A stretch of DNA of 64,000 nucleotides from an uncultured delta proteobacterium (GCA_963772835.1 CAVYYZ010000024.1:194853-258852); one strand, 5' to 3'; positions 23,001 through 33,455 are shown, counted from the stretch's first letter. Translations and numbers: made by a program. The notes: a model not told the origin generated them from the letters alone.

Positions 23001-23685
23001 TCCCAAATTCAGTGTCTTCGGGGTGATCTGGCAGGTGGTGAAAAATGTACTTGTCAAGGCAGCCACTTCTCCCTTTGCACTGCTTTCCTCCATGTTCGGC
23101 GGCGGCCAGGATCTGAGTGTCATCCAGTTTAACTTCGGGCTGAGTGCAATTCCCCCCGGAGAGGAACAGAAGTTGAATGCGCTTGCCAAAGCCCTCCTGG
23201 ATCGGCCCGCTTTAAAGGTTGAATTGAAGGGGTATGTTGACCGGGAGAAAGATAGTGAGGCGTACCGCAACGAGCTGTTGTTACGAAAGCTGAAGAACGA
23301 GAAGTTCCTTGCTCTGGCCAAGGGGGGTGAACGTAAGGAAGGTGCAAAAGTTGAGGATGTCCAGCTGCTTCCGGAGGAATATACGAAATATCTGACTGCG
23401 GTGTATAAAAAAGAAAAATTCCCGAAACCGCGCAACGTACTCGGCCTGGCAAAAGACCTGCCGGCCGGGGAGATGAAAAAGCTGATTATAACCAACACCG
23501 TTGTCGGCGTCACAGAACTCACGACGCTTGCTCAGGAGCGTGTTGTGGCGGTGAAGAACTTCCTGATTGCAAATGGGAATATTCCTGCAGAGCGCGTATT
23601 CCAGGAAAATGAAAATATATTCAAGGCCCCCGAGAAGGAAACTGTTTCCCGCAGCAGGGTCGAACTGGGTGCAATCGCCCCGTGA
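20022..23685 (+). CDS. DUF748 repeat envelope protein with OmpA-like C-terminus; one apparent frameshift at ~21120
   Basis: ORFs 20022-21140 and 21265-23685 join if one base near 21120 is removed. LKDRNGEIHLDLPVTG..DDPKFS and KAATSPF motifs. Confidence 0.8.
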
Positions 23686-23761
23686 CAGCTGATTCAGCTG
23701 GCGTGAAATATAACGGGGCGGTATCTGCGTGATTTTTAAATGTTCTGTAAAAGGAGAAAAA

Positions 23762-24499
23762 ATGAAACGTGTTTTTTGGCTGCCCGCGCTTTTGCTGGCA
23801 CTGTTTGCCGCCTTTCCCGCATCGTCATGCCGAGCCGGGTTTATGGGTAAGATGTTCAGGGATCTGGGCCTGTCCGGCACTCCAACCGGCGGCCTCGATG
23901 ATGCGACCATCGTCAAAGGGCTGAAAGAGGCACTCTCCACCGGCACCGCAAAAGCCGTCACGTCTGTATCAAGGCAGGATGGCTACTTCGGCAACCAGAC
24001 GATCAAGATCATCATGCCGGAGAAACTCCGCAGCACTGCAGACCTGATCAGCAAGTTTGGCTTCCGGAAGGAGGTGGATGACGTTATCCTCGGCATGAAC
24101 CGTGCCGCCGAGAAGGCTGCCCCCAAGGCGATGGATTATTTCCTGTCGGCACTTAAAACCATGACGTTTGATGATGCCCGCAAAATCCTGAAGGGTGACA
24201 ATACCTCCGCCACGGAATATTTCCGTCAGAAGACCAGCGGAGATATCTATACGGCTTTCAAGCCGGTCGTTTCGTCAAGCCTCCAGGATGTGGGGGCGGT
24301 GAAGAGTTACTCGCAGATGTTAAAGCGATTACACACCATCCCCTTTGCCGGAAGCGTGGCTGACTTCGACCTGGATCATTATGTTACAGAGAAGGCTGTC
24401 GAAGGCCTGTTCAAGATGCTCGGAGAGGAAGAGGCAAAGATCAGAACCGACCCTGCCGCACGCGGAACCGAGTTGTTGCGGAAGGTGTTCGGAAAATAG
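23762..24499 (+). CDS. DUF4197 domain protein
   Basis: GLKEAL..G, MNRAAE.A, ATEYF and EEAKIR.DPAAR.TELLRKVFG motifs; AAGGAG RBS. Confidence 0.88.
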   Translation: MKRVFWLPALLLALFAAFPASSCRAGFMGKMFRDLGLSGTPTGGLDDATIVKGLKEALSTGTAKAVTSVSRQDGYFGNQTIKIIMPEKLRSTADLISKFGFRKEVDDVILGMNRAAEKAAPKAMDYFLSALKTMTFDDARKILKGDNTSATEYFRQKTSGDIYTAFKPVVSSSLQDVGAVKSYSQMLKRLHTIPFAGSVADFDLDHYVTEKAVEGLFKMLGEEEAKIRTDPAARGTELLRKVFGK

Positions 24500-24521
24500 A
24501 CAGGTACACAGGGAGGCAACC

Positions 24522-24947
24522 GTGACCAACAACAGTGCATATCCGGAAGGTGAACTACTTCTCCGTACCTCGCCGATGTCAAGTGACACAAACGCGAACG
24601 GCGATATATTCGGAGGTTGGATCATGTCGCAAATGGACATCGCCGGCGGCATGATGGCTATCGAAATCAGCCGTGGTCGAACGGTTACCATTGCGGTGGA
24701 TGCCATGAAATTCATCAAGCCGGTAAAAGTCGGAGATGTTGTCTGCTGCTACGGTACCGTTACGAAAATCGGAAACACATCCATCACCATCAAGCTGGAG
24801 GTCTGGGTAAAGCAGGGATTTCGGGAAATTAACTCCAGTGAAGAAATTTCCTTCTCCAAGGTTACGGAAGCATCATACACGTATGTCGCTGTTGATCAAG
24901 AGGGGCGGAAACGGCCGATTCCGAAAGTCGAAACGTCTGTCCCCTGA
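24522..24947 (+). CDS. yciA: Acyl-CoA thioesterase (hotdog fold, YciA-like)
   Basis: DTNANGDIFGGWIMSQMD motif; GTG start with GGGAGG RBS. Confidence 0.85.
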   Translation: MTNNSAYPEGELLLRTSPMSSDTNANGDIFGGWIMSQMDIAGGMMAIEISRGRTVTIAVDAMKFIKPVKVGDVVCCYGTVTKIGNTSITIKLEVWVKQGFREINSSEEISFSKVTEASYTYVAVDQEGRKRPIPKVETSVP

Positions 24948-25263
24948 CCTATTTCGGTTCGGTTGCCCGCCTCCCTCGGGCGTGCATTGAAATGGGGCTT
25001 GACAATGGTCGTGGTTTTGTTAGAAATATCCTATGTTCTGTGTCAAGACGTTTGCCGCCCACACCAAAAAGTTGTCGTGCGAGAAAATCGATATTGAAGA
25101 CGCAGCAGTTGTTACTGTCAGAATTGATGCAATTCCCGTAATTTCATTCCGGACTGATACGTTCGTACGTTTACCCGCCACCTTTTTAAGTATCACGGCC
25201 CTGGTGTTGAGATAGTGTAACTACACAGTCGTTTCGCGTTTAGCGGACATCCGGACAGCTGCC

Positions 25264-27240
25264 ATGCCTTTGCATAGTCTCAAATCGAAAATAATTGCTG
25301 TCATTGTGCTCATCAGTCTGGTGGTTGGCCTTCTGTCCACGTTTGCCTTTAACTCGAGTACCGGGCGCATAATTAATGATCTGGCCCTGCGTTTCGGCAC
25401 CAAAGAGGCGCTGCTGCAGAAGAACAAGATTCTCTCTGTCATCGACCGCGAGGTAGTGCTGGCCCAAAAAATGGCCGATGATATTACCATCAGGAGATGG
25501 GCTGCCAATGAAGATAACCGGGAATTCAGGCAACCGGCTTTGGAGGAGTTGGAAAGTTACCGCAGGTTGTTCCGGGACAAAAGCTTTTTCATTGCCCTGG
25601 CAGGATCGAATCATTATTACGTCTACAACAAGGGGAAAGGGCACGAAAAGGTAGAAATGGTTACGCTGGATGCCGCCAAACCTGATGACAGGTGGTTCTT
25701 CGAGGGGCTGCACACCATTGACGGCTATGCCTTGAATCTTGACTATAACCCGACCCTGCAGGAAGCGAAAGTCTGGTTCAATGCGGTCATGAAGGGAGCC
25801 CGGGGAGAGACCATCGGCATCTGCGGCGGAGGCATCACAGTAAGCGATTTTCTTAATGAAATAGTGTACACCAAGAAAAAAGGGCTGTCGACCATACTCA
25901 TTGACCGTGCCGGGGTGATCCAGGCTCATGAAGACCGCTCGATAGTAGAGCACAATGCCAATACCCGTGACGCCGCAAAAAAAATAACCATCTTCGCCCT
26001 TATTGACGATCCGGCCAGACAGGAACAGCTGCGTGAGGCAATTAAAACCCTTGTTTCAGGCAAAAGTGAAGTAGAGACATTCCCCGTCAGTTCCGGAGGG
26101 AAGAGCTATCTACTGGCGCTCTCCTATTTACAGGGGATGGGATGGTTCAACGTGGTGCTGGTTGATGTCTCACGTGTCATCAGCATGAGGGAGTTTTTGC
26201 CAATTGTCGCCATCATGTCTCTGGCATTGCTGCTTGCCATCATCATGATAGGACTGCTTATAAACCGGATGGTGCTTGCTCCGCTTGCCATGCTTTCACA
26301 CGCATCCCGTCTGGTTGCCGCCGGGCAATACGACATAGCCCTGCCGGTCGCCGGTAACGATGAGCTGGGCGATTTGACTGATTCGTTCAATGGCATGACG
26401 GCGATGATTTCCGATCATACCAATAATCTCGAAGCAAAAGTCCGGGAGCGGACTGATGCACTTTCTGCGGCAAATCGGCAGCTGGAGGATTCTCAACAGA
26501 GGATCACGGACAGTATCAGCTATGCCCGTATGATCCAGTCTTCGATCCTTCCTGACCGAGAGGCTCTGGAGCGCAGTCTCGGGGAGCATTTTGTCCTGTA
26601 TCGCCCCAAGGAGCCGGTGGGAGGTGACTTCTACTATCTGCGGGAGTTCTCCGGCCATTTCCTGGTGGCGGTTATTGATTGTACCGGACACGGTATCCCC
26701 GGTGCGTTCATGACCATGACAGTCAATTCAGTGCTGAACCATGTTGTGGATGTGCTCTGTAATGACGACCCGTCCCGCATTCTCTCCGAACTCAACCGGG
26801 TAATGCGCAGCACCCTGCATCTTCGGGATGTGGATGCCGGACTCGATATATCCGTCTGTCTGGTTGACCGGAACGCACAACGCCTGGTGTACGCCGGGGC
26901 AGGACTCAACCTCTATGTGGCGGAGAAAGGGGTGAAAGAGGTGCGCTGCAACCACCAGCGGGTAGGGTACAAAGGGTCGCGATTGGATTACCACTATGCA
27001 AACCACGAACTTTATCTCGCCGCAGGAGCGTGCTGTTATCTTACTACCGACGGACTTCTCGATGAACCGGGAGGGGATAAGGGGTTCGGCTTTGGAACCG
27101 AGCGGTTCAAGGCGATGCTGGCAGACCACGCACATCTTGCAATGCACTCTCAGCAGCATGAGATTGAACGCGTACTCGGCGACTACCGGGGGGGCAACCG
27201 CCAACGCGATGACATGACTCTGATTGGATTCCGCTTCTAA
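25264..27240 (+). CDS. siaA: SiaA-like membrane sensor with HAMP and PP2C/SpoIIE phosphatase domains
   Basis: Two TM segments, periplasmic region and HAMP; VGGDFY, DCTGHGIPGA, TDG and DDMT motifs; followed by siaB/C/D-like genes. Confidence 0.82.
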   Translation: MPLHSLKSKIIAVIVLISLVVGLLSTFAFNSSTGRIINDLALRFGTKEALLQKNKILSVIDREVVLAQKMADDITIRRWAANEDNREFRQPALEELESYRRLFRDKSFFIALAGSNHYYVYNKGKGHEKVEMVTLDAAKPDDRWFFEGLHTIDGYALNLDYNPTLQEAKVWFNAVMKGARGETIGICGGGITVSDFLNEIVYTKKKGLSTILIDRAGVIQAHEDRSIVEHNANTRDAAKKITIFALIDDPARQEQLREAIKTLVSGKSEVETFPVSSGGKSYLLALSYLQGMGWFNVVLVDVSRVISMREFLPIVAIMSLALLLAIIMIGLLINRMVLAPLAMLSHASRLVAAGQYDIALPVAGNDELGDLTDSFNGMTAMISDHTNNLEAKVRERTDALSAANRQLEDSQQRITDSISYARMIQSSILPDREALERSLGEHFVLYRPKEPVGGDFYYLREFSGHFLVAVIDCTGHGIPGAFMTMTVNSVLNHVVDVLCNDDPSRILSELNRVMRSTLHLRDVDAGLDISVCLVDRNAQRLVYAGAGLNLYVAEKGVKEVRCNHQRVGYKGSRLDYHYANHELYLAAGACCYLTTDGLLDEPGGDKGFGFGTERFKAMLADHAHLAMHSQQHEIERVLGDYRGGNRQRDDMTLIGFRF

Positions 27241-27286
27241 AAGGTGTTTTCAGAAGCTACACGCTCACTACAATTCAAAGGAGAAA

Positions 27287-27820
27287 ATGATGGACCTCTT
27301 TCAACTCAGAGAGCAGTTTTCGAAAGAAGGTATCATGATGTGTTTCAACGGCCCCTTCTCCCACAGCATCATAGAGGAGATCGGTATTGCCATCAGAAAC
27401 CATCTGGGCGCCGAGAATATTGCTCCCATGGCGGTTCTGGATGTATTTGCCGTCTACATAGAGATGACCCAGAACGCTCGGAATTATCTCGCAGCGCACA
27501 ATATACCCGCCGTTGACGCCGGTTCAGCTACCATCGTGATTGCCAGGAGTGGCGAAGTCTACTCCGTCACCTGCGGAAATGTAATACTGATGACCTGTGT
27601 TGCAGAGCTGAGAAACAGGATCGACCACATCAATTCACTAAAACCTGATGAACTGAAAAAGCTGATACGGCAGCAGTTGCGTTGCGATATCCCACCCGGG
27701 GCAACCGGTGCCGGTACCGGTTTGATGGAGATGGCCAAACGGTCGTCCGGCCGTCTGGAGTACACCATCCGTGACGTCAACGGGCAGTATGCATTTTTTA
27801 CACTTACCGTGCAGTTATAG
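27287..27820 (+). CDS. siaB: SiaB family protein kinase
   Basis: FNGPFSHSIIEEIG, VYIEMTQN and GAGTGLMEMA motifs; operon position. Confidence 0.82.
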   Translation: MMDLFQLREQFSKEGIMMCFNGPFSHSIIEEIGIAIRNHLGAENIAPMAVLDVFAVYIEMTQNARNYLAAHNIPAVDAGSATIVIARSGEVYSVTCGNVILMTCVAELRNRIDHINSLKPDELKKLIRQQLRCDIPPGATGAGTGLMEMAKRSSGRLEYTIRDVNGQYAFFTLTVQL

Positions 27821-27830
27821 GGGGAGCAGC

Positions 27831-28211
27831 ATGCGATATTTCGAGACCATACCGCCAACAGTATCCACGCCTCAGGTCAAGTATGATTCTGCTGAGCGGA
27901 AACTGCTGATTACGGGTGATTCGTACCCGGAAAACTCTTTCGAGTTTTATGCTCCGATTACCCGGTGGGTTAAGGATTCTCTCGCTGACGGAGACGGCCT
28001 TAACATCGACATCAATGTCAGTTATATGAACAGCAGCAGCACCAAGTGCATGCTCGATCTGCTCGACCTGTTGGAAGATGCTTACGTGAGAGGAGTCATG
28101 GTGTCGATATTATGGCGCTATGACAAAGACAATCCCCGTTCACTCGACCTGGCGGAGGAGTTCAGGGAAGAGCTTACATTCCCTTTTACAATTGACGCTG
28201 TCAACGGTTGA
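27831..28211 (+). CDS. siaC: SiaC family (DUF1987) phosphoprotein
   Basis: TP.V, GDSYPENSFEFY, YMNSSSTK and LAEEF motifs. Confidence 0.85.
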   Translation: MRYFETIPPTVSTPQVKYDSAERKLLITGDSYPENSFEFYAPITRWVKDSLADGDGLNIDINVSYMNSSSTKCMLDLLDLLEDAYVRGVMVSILWRYDKDNPRSLDLAEEFREELTFPFTIDAVNG

Positions 28212-28218
28212 GGTGCGT

Positions 28219-29403
28219 ATGCCACGAAATAAAACGACTATAGAAGATCCGGCGCTGAATCATGCCCTGGGGATTATCGCTGAGGGCGCATCGCAGGATG
28301 TTGATATCTTTGCTGAGTATGTTGCACTGGCATCCGGATATAAGAAGCTGATCCGGAAATTCCAGAAAACGCTCGTTATCAGTGACTCCTATGAAGCGCA
28401 GCACCAGGACGTTTCGAAAAAGCTCGAAGAGGTGACGTACAAGTATCGCCAGTTGAAGGATGTGGCACTTCCAATCTGCATGTACTGTAAAAAAATCCGT
28501 TCCGATGACGACTACTGGCAACAACTGGAAGCATTTTTTCTCAAACACGCAGATATCATGTTCAGTCATGGTATCTGTCCAGACTGCTTTAAGACGTATT
28601 TCAAAAAAATGGGCGAACCACGTAAAAAAGTGCCGGATTCCAATGTAATCGGAATCAAGCAGCGGGGCTCACAGAGTGCACGGACACCGGACGAGGATAA
28701 CGCTCTGAGAGAGATGCGCGCCCGTATTCGTCAATGCGCTTTTGATGGCAAGCCCCTTTCTCCGGACGTTGAACAATTTGTTGTGAATTATGGAAAGCTC
28801 TTGCGCCGGTTCAATAAAACCGTTTCCATCAGTGACAGCTATCAATCACAGATGATGGAACTCAATGCACGTTTGGAACTGTTAACTCGAACCGATTTTT
28901 TAACCGGGCTTGCCAACCGGTGGGATATGGTGACACGTCTGGAGTTGGAAAAACACCGCTCGGAGAGATACGGCAAAGTATTTTCGATACTGTTTGCGGA
29001 TATAGATAGCTTTAAGAGAATTAATGACACCTACAGCCACTCCGTCGGCGACCAGGTTCTCCGTGCAATCGCCAATACGCTCCGCACGAGTCTCCGCCGT
29101 GAAGATGTCTGCAGCAGGTGGGGAGGCGAAGAATTTCTTATCCTGCTGCCGGAAACCGACTCTCAAACAGCCGGGTCAGTGGCGGAAAAACTCCTCAAAA
29201 AAGTGCGAAACACGGCTGTCCCGTGTGGGGATCATACCATCAAAGTCACGATGAGCATCGGGTATGGAAGTTTCTCGCACGGGATGAGCATAGACAGATT
29301 CATAACACAGGTCGATGATGCGCTTCACAATGCCAAAACTGCCGGACGTGATCGGACTGCCGATGCCGGAACCCTCTCGTATGACAGCAGCGTGATCCAG
29401 TAA
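28219..29403 (+). CDS. siaD: SiaD-like diguanylate cyclase with a duplicated N-terminal motif and a Cys-rich insert
   Basis: D.LTGL.NR, DIDSFKRINDTY, RRED I-site and GGEEF; two K..R.F.KT..ISDSY motifs. Confidence 0.78.
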   Translation: MPRNKTTIEDPALNHALGIIAEGASQDVDIFAEYVALASGYKKLIRKFQKTLVISDSYEAQHQDVSKKLEEVTYKYRQLKDVALPICMYCKKIRSDDDYWQQLEAFFLKHADIMFSHGICPDCFKTYFKKMGEPRKKVPDSNVIGIKQRGSQSARTPDEDNALREMRARIRQCAFDGKPLSPDVEQFVVNYGKLLRRFNKTVSISDSYQSQMMELNARLELLTRTDFLTGLANRWDMVTRLELEKHRSERYGKVFSILFADIDSFKRINDTYSHSVGDQVLRAIANTLRTSLRREDVCSRWGGEEFLILLPETDSQTAGSVAEKLLKKVRNTAVPCGDHTIKVTMSIGYGSFSHGMSIDRFITQVDDALHNAKTAGRDRTADAGTLSYDSSVIQ

Positions 29404-29454
29404 AAGGCGGGGTAAGGCTGTGTATGACGGATCACACTGTTCCTCATCCCGGCG

Positions 29455-30435
29455 TTATCCAAAACGCGCCACTATCTCCCGCGCCACCGCAATAATCCCG
29501 ATACCTGTAGGACAGACTGCGTCGCATCTCCCACAGACAAAACAGCTGATCTCCCCCCATTTGTCAGGGTCGGCTGCCAGTTTGTGATGGATGCGCCGCC
29601 TGGTGCGGAGCGCTTCACTCCCGAGCGGGTTGTGGCCTCCTGCCTCGCGCATAAAGCCGTCCAGCTGACACGAATCCCACATGCGGCTCCTCTCTATTTT
29701 TCCGGCACTGCGCCAGTCCTGCACGCCGAAGCAGGTGCAGGTGGGGCAGGCCAGGTTGCAGCCGGTGCAGGCGATGCAGCGGTCGCCGATCTCTCCCCAG
29801 AACGAGTCCGGGACGCGGTCGGCACGGAGTATCTCCGACGCTTGAAGGATCAACTGCTGGTTTTCGTCTGGAAGGGTCATGTCGGCCTGCCGGAACAGCT
29901 TGGTCGCATCCGGCGGAACGCTGTCCGGAAGTTCGGCAGCAATCTCCCCCCCGATTTCGCTGTACGGTAGTACCATCCAGTTTTTGCCGTCCCAGAAAAA
30001 CTCCATATCACAATTGCCGCCGGCGGGACACAGCAGCGCCCCACCCGGGCCACAGTAGCCGGAAACTCCCGCCACTACCGCATTCCTACGCTGACGGAAG
30101 TAAATGTCGTCACAGAATCCGTCTGCAAAGAAGCGGTCGATAAAGCGGAGGCAGTCGAGGTCCCGGGGGGTAAAGCCGAGCACGAAGAGCGGGCGGTCAG
30201 GTGTCTGCGGTTCCTGCAGATCACCATCGTCGGCGGTGAAGATTGTTCCCTGCTGGGGGAAGAAGGCAGCGTTCGGCTTGCTCAGAACAGCGCCGCCGTG
30301 CAGGGCCCGCGCCCCGTCGTCCGGAGAGCCGATGACGCGGGTGCCGTCCGGGAGCAGGATCGGAAGTCTCAGCTCCCATTTTTCGGCAAGGGAGGCAAGA
30401 AACGAATCGAGGCGGTCGGGAGTGAGAATTTTCAT
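29455..30435 (-). CDS. 4Fe-4S dicluster protein, AsrA/sulfhydrogenase beta-like
   Basis: CIACTGCNLACPTCTCF, R.WDSC and CFVCGRCDAVCP motifs. Confidence 0.82.
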   Translation of the reverse strand: MKILTPDRLDSFLASLAEKWELRLPILLPDGTRVIGSPDDGARALHGGAVLSKPNAAFFPQQGTIFTADDGDLQEPQTPDRPLFVLGFTPRDLDCLRFIDRFFADGFCDDIYFRQRRNAVVAGVSGYCGPGGALLCPAGGNCDMEFFWDGKNWMVLPYSEIGGEIAAELPDSVPPDATKLFRQADMTLPDENQQLILQASEILRADRVPDSFWGEIGDRCIACTGCNLACPTCTCFGVQDWRSAGKIERSRMWDSCQLDGFMREAGGHNPLGSEALRTRRRIHHKLAADPDKWGEISCFVCGRCDAVCPTGIGIIAVAREIVARFG

Positions 30436-32468
30436 GGCAGCTTCTCCACCCGCACCGCACAGACCTTGAATTCCGGAATGGACGACTCGGGGTCAAGGGC
30501 GTTATTTGTGAGGGCGTTGGCCGCCCCTTCGACAAAATGAAACGGCATAAATACGACGCCGGGGATGACCATTTCAGTCACCCGCGCCTCTGTCTGCACG
30601 GTTCCGCGGCGGCTGGACACCTGCAGCCGGTCGCGGTCGCGCACTCCAAGGCGGGCGGCGTCGTCCGGATGCAGTTCGATAAAGGAGCAGGGCTCCTCCC
30701 GGTCGAGCAGATGGGTGCGGCGGGTCATGCTGCCGGTGTGCCAGTGGAAGTAGGTGCGGCCGGTGGTCAGCACCAGGGGGTACTGTTCGTCGGGGAGTTC
30801 GGCCGGCAGTCGGTGAACTACCGGACTGAAAAGTCCCTGGCCGCGGGTGAAACGCTCCAGATGGAGAATAGGGGTGCCGGGGTGGAAGAGGTTGGGGCAG
30901 GGCCACTGCAGTCCGTGCGGGTCCAAACGGTCGTAGCTGATGCCACCGTAGATCGGAGTGAGCCCTGCAATCTCGTCCATAATCTCTGCAGGAGCGCTGT
31001 AGCGCATCCCTCCAAAGCCTGCGCGCTCCGCAATGTCGCAGAGGATTTCCCAGTCGGCGCGGGCCGAACCGGGCGGTTCCACCGCCTTGTAAAGGCGCTG
31101 GACGCGGCGTTCGGTGTTGGTGAAGGTTCCCTCCTTCTCGGCGTAGCAGGCGGCGGGAAGCACGATGTCTGCGAGCGCGGCGGTTTCGGTGAGGAAAATA
31201 TCCTGCACGACCAACAGTTCAAGGCTATCCAACACCGTGCGGGCGTGATTCTGATCCGGGTCGGAAAGCATCGGGTTCTCCCCCATGATGAACATTGCCT
31301 GCAGATGCCCTGCCGAAGCGGCATCCATGGCCCGTGTCAGCGGAAGTCCCGGTTCCGCGGGGAGTGATGATACCCCCCAGGCCGCTGCAAATTTTTCCCG
31401 CAGCTGAGGGTCGGATACTTTCTGGTAGCCGGTGAACAGATCCGGGAGTGCCCCCATGTCGCATCCACCCTGCACATTGTTCTGACCGCGTAACGGATTT
31501 ACTCCGGTTCCGGGACGACCCACATTTCCGGTCAGCATCGCCAGCGCTGCGATGCAGCGGACATTGTCGACGCCGTGGCTGTGCTGGGTGATCCCCATGG
31601 AGTAGACGATCATCCCCCGCTCCGCACCGGCGAACAGGCGCGCCGCTTCGACAATTTCACCGGCGGTCAGACCGGTGGCGGCAGCAGCTCTATCAGGTGT
31701 CCAATCGGCGACAGAATCGGCAAGCGCAGCATAATTTTCGGTACGGGTCGTGATAAACTCCCGGTCTTCCAACCCTTCGGCGATGATGACGTGCATGATC
31801 CCGCTTAGCAGGGCGACATCGCTGCCATTTTTGTGGCGCAGGTGCAGATCGGCGTTTCGGGAGAGGCGAATGCGGCGGTTGTCGGCCACGATCAGGCGGG
31901 TCCCGTTTCGGACGGCGTTAAGAATACGTGAGCCGATAAGTGGATGCTGTTCGGTGGTGTTGGAGCCGATGACGAGAATAGCGTCGGTCTGATCGAAACA
32001 GGAGATGGAGTTGGTCATGGCGCCGGAGCCGAACGTTTCGGCCAGGCCGGTGACGGTGGAGGAGTGGCAGAGGCGGGCGCAGTGATCGATGTTGTTGGTG
32101 CCGAACACCGCCCGCGCCAGCTTCATCAGCAGATAATTCTCTTCGTTGGTCGCCTTGGCAGAGGAGGCGAACATGACCGCGTCGGCACCGTGCTGTTTCT
32201 GGATCGTCCGCAGTCGTTCGACGGTCAGATTCAGCGCCTCGTCCCAGGTGGCGCGCTGCAGCACGCCGTCACGGCGGATCAGCGGTGTCGTGAGGCGATC
32301 GGGGTGGTGGACGAAGGCATAGGCGTTCCACCCCTTGACGCAGAGGCCGCCGCGGCTGACCGGATGGGTCGCGCTCGGCTCCACACCGACGAGGCGTCCG
32401 CCGTCGCTGACGAGGTAGAAGGTGCAGCCGGTGCCGCAGTAGGGGCAAACGGTAAGGGTCCGTTTCAT
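30432..32468 (-). CDS. fdhF: Mo/W-bisPGD formate dehydrogenase alpha subunit (FdhF-like, Cys form)
   Basis: CPYCGTGC...LCVKG, IDHCARLCH, PLRGQNNVQG, EKEGTFTNTERR and PEFK motifs. Confidence 0.85.
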   Translation of the reverse strand: MKRTLTVCPYCGTGCTFYLVSDGGRLVGVEPSATHPVSRGGLCVKGWNAYAFVHHPDRLTTPLIRRDGVLQRATWDEALNLTVERLRTIQKQHGADAVMFASSAKATNEENYLLMKLARAVFGTNNIDHCARLCHSSTVTGLAETFGSGAMTNSISCFDQTDAILVIGSNTTEQHPLIGSRILNAVRNGTRLIVADNRRIRLSRNADLHLRHKNGSDVALLSGIMHVIIAEGLEDREFITTRTENYAALADSVADWTPDRAAAATGLTAGEIVEAARLFAGAERGMIVYSMGITQHSHGVDNVRCIAALAMLTGNVGRPGTGVNPLRGQNNVQGGCDMGALPDLFTGYQKVSDPQLREKFAAAWGVSSLPAEPGLPLTRAMDAASAGHLQAMFIMGENPMLSDPDQNHARTVLDSLELLVVQDIFLTETAALADIVLPAACYAEKEGTFTNTERRVQRLYKAVEPPGSARADWEILCDIAERAGFGGMRYSAPAEIMDEIAGLTPIYGGISYDRLDPHGLQWPCPNLFHPGTPILHLERFTRGQGLFSPVVHRLPAELPDEQYPLVLTTGRTYFHWHTGSMTRRTHLLDREEPCSFIELHPDDAARLGVRDRDRLQVSSRRGTVQTEARVTEMVIPGVVFMPFHFVEGAANALTNNALDPESSIPEFKVCAVRVEKLP

Positions 32469-32613
32469 ACGGATCCGCCTTCAGACGTAAAGCTTCGCTG
32501 CATCGTCGAGTCTCTCCATGACGTACCTGTCAGTACGCCTGCGTCGGCCTCTTCTCGCTGACTTGCTCTCCGTCCGGAATCGAATCCGTCAGAGGTATGA
32601 ATGAGTTCTTTTA

Positions 32614-33455
32614 TCACAGCGCCCCTCTCAGAAGCTCAATTTCATCGAGCCAGAAGACCGGGCCGTCCTGACAGCAGTAGAGGTGTTCGATCGTGCAGTG
32701 GCCGCATTTGCCGACCCCGCAGCGCATCTGACGTTCCAGGGAGACGACGATCCGGTCGGAGGGGAGTCCTTTTTTATGCAGCTCTGCGATAACGCCCCGA
32801 TACATGGCCGGAGGGCCGACAATGACAGCCGTTGTCGTCTCGGGAACCAGAGAGAGAGGGGGAATAAGTGCGGTAATTAGGCCGACGCTGCCGCTGAAGC
32901 AGTCTCCTCCGGAGATGTTGTCAACGGTCATGCTGCAGGCAAAGCGGGCAGATCGCTCCCACGCGGCGAGTTCATCCTTGAAGAGCCGGTCAGCCGGGCT
33001 CTTGGCGCCGTAAAGAATGGAAATAGAGCCGAACTCTTCCGAACGGTCTTCACAATACTGAATGAGCGAGCGCATCGGTGCCAGACCGCAGCCGCCGGAG
33101 ATCAGCAGCAGATTCTGACCTTGCAGTCGCGGCAGGTCAAAAGGGCGGCCGAAGGGGCCGCGGATGCCGATGGTGTCGCCGGACTGTCAATCCGGTGCAT
33201 GGCACCGGTAAGTGCACCGGCACGGCGTACACCGAGTTCGAAAATACCGTTCCGGGTTGGTGATGATGCCACCGAAATCGGTGCTTCCCCCCAGCCGAGC
33301 AGGGAGACCTGCACGAATTGTCCGGGAAGATGCCCGAGCGGCGCACCGTCGGTTCGCCTGACCCGGAACAGCTTTTCACCGGGAGTCAGGTCGGTGACGG
33401 AGACGATCTCGCATTCAAACGGCAGATACAGCGAGGCATGGCGGGGGGTGCTCAT
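32614..33455 (-). CDS. FAD/NAD(P)-binding 2Fe-2S subunit, AsrB/sulfhydrogenase gamma-like; one apparent frameshift at ~33185
   Basis: PGQFVQVSL.G.GEAPIS, then in a shifted frame GIRGPFG, GGCGLAPMRS and LERQMRCGVGKCGHC...CQDGPVF. Confidence 0.78.

Noticed and set aside
32060..32090. Selenocysteine in the formate dehydrogenase
   Set aside because: The active-site codon in CARLCH is TGC (Cys), and the ORF has no in-frame TGA.
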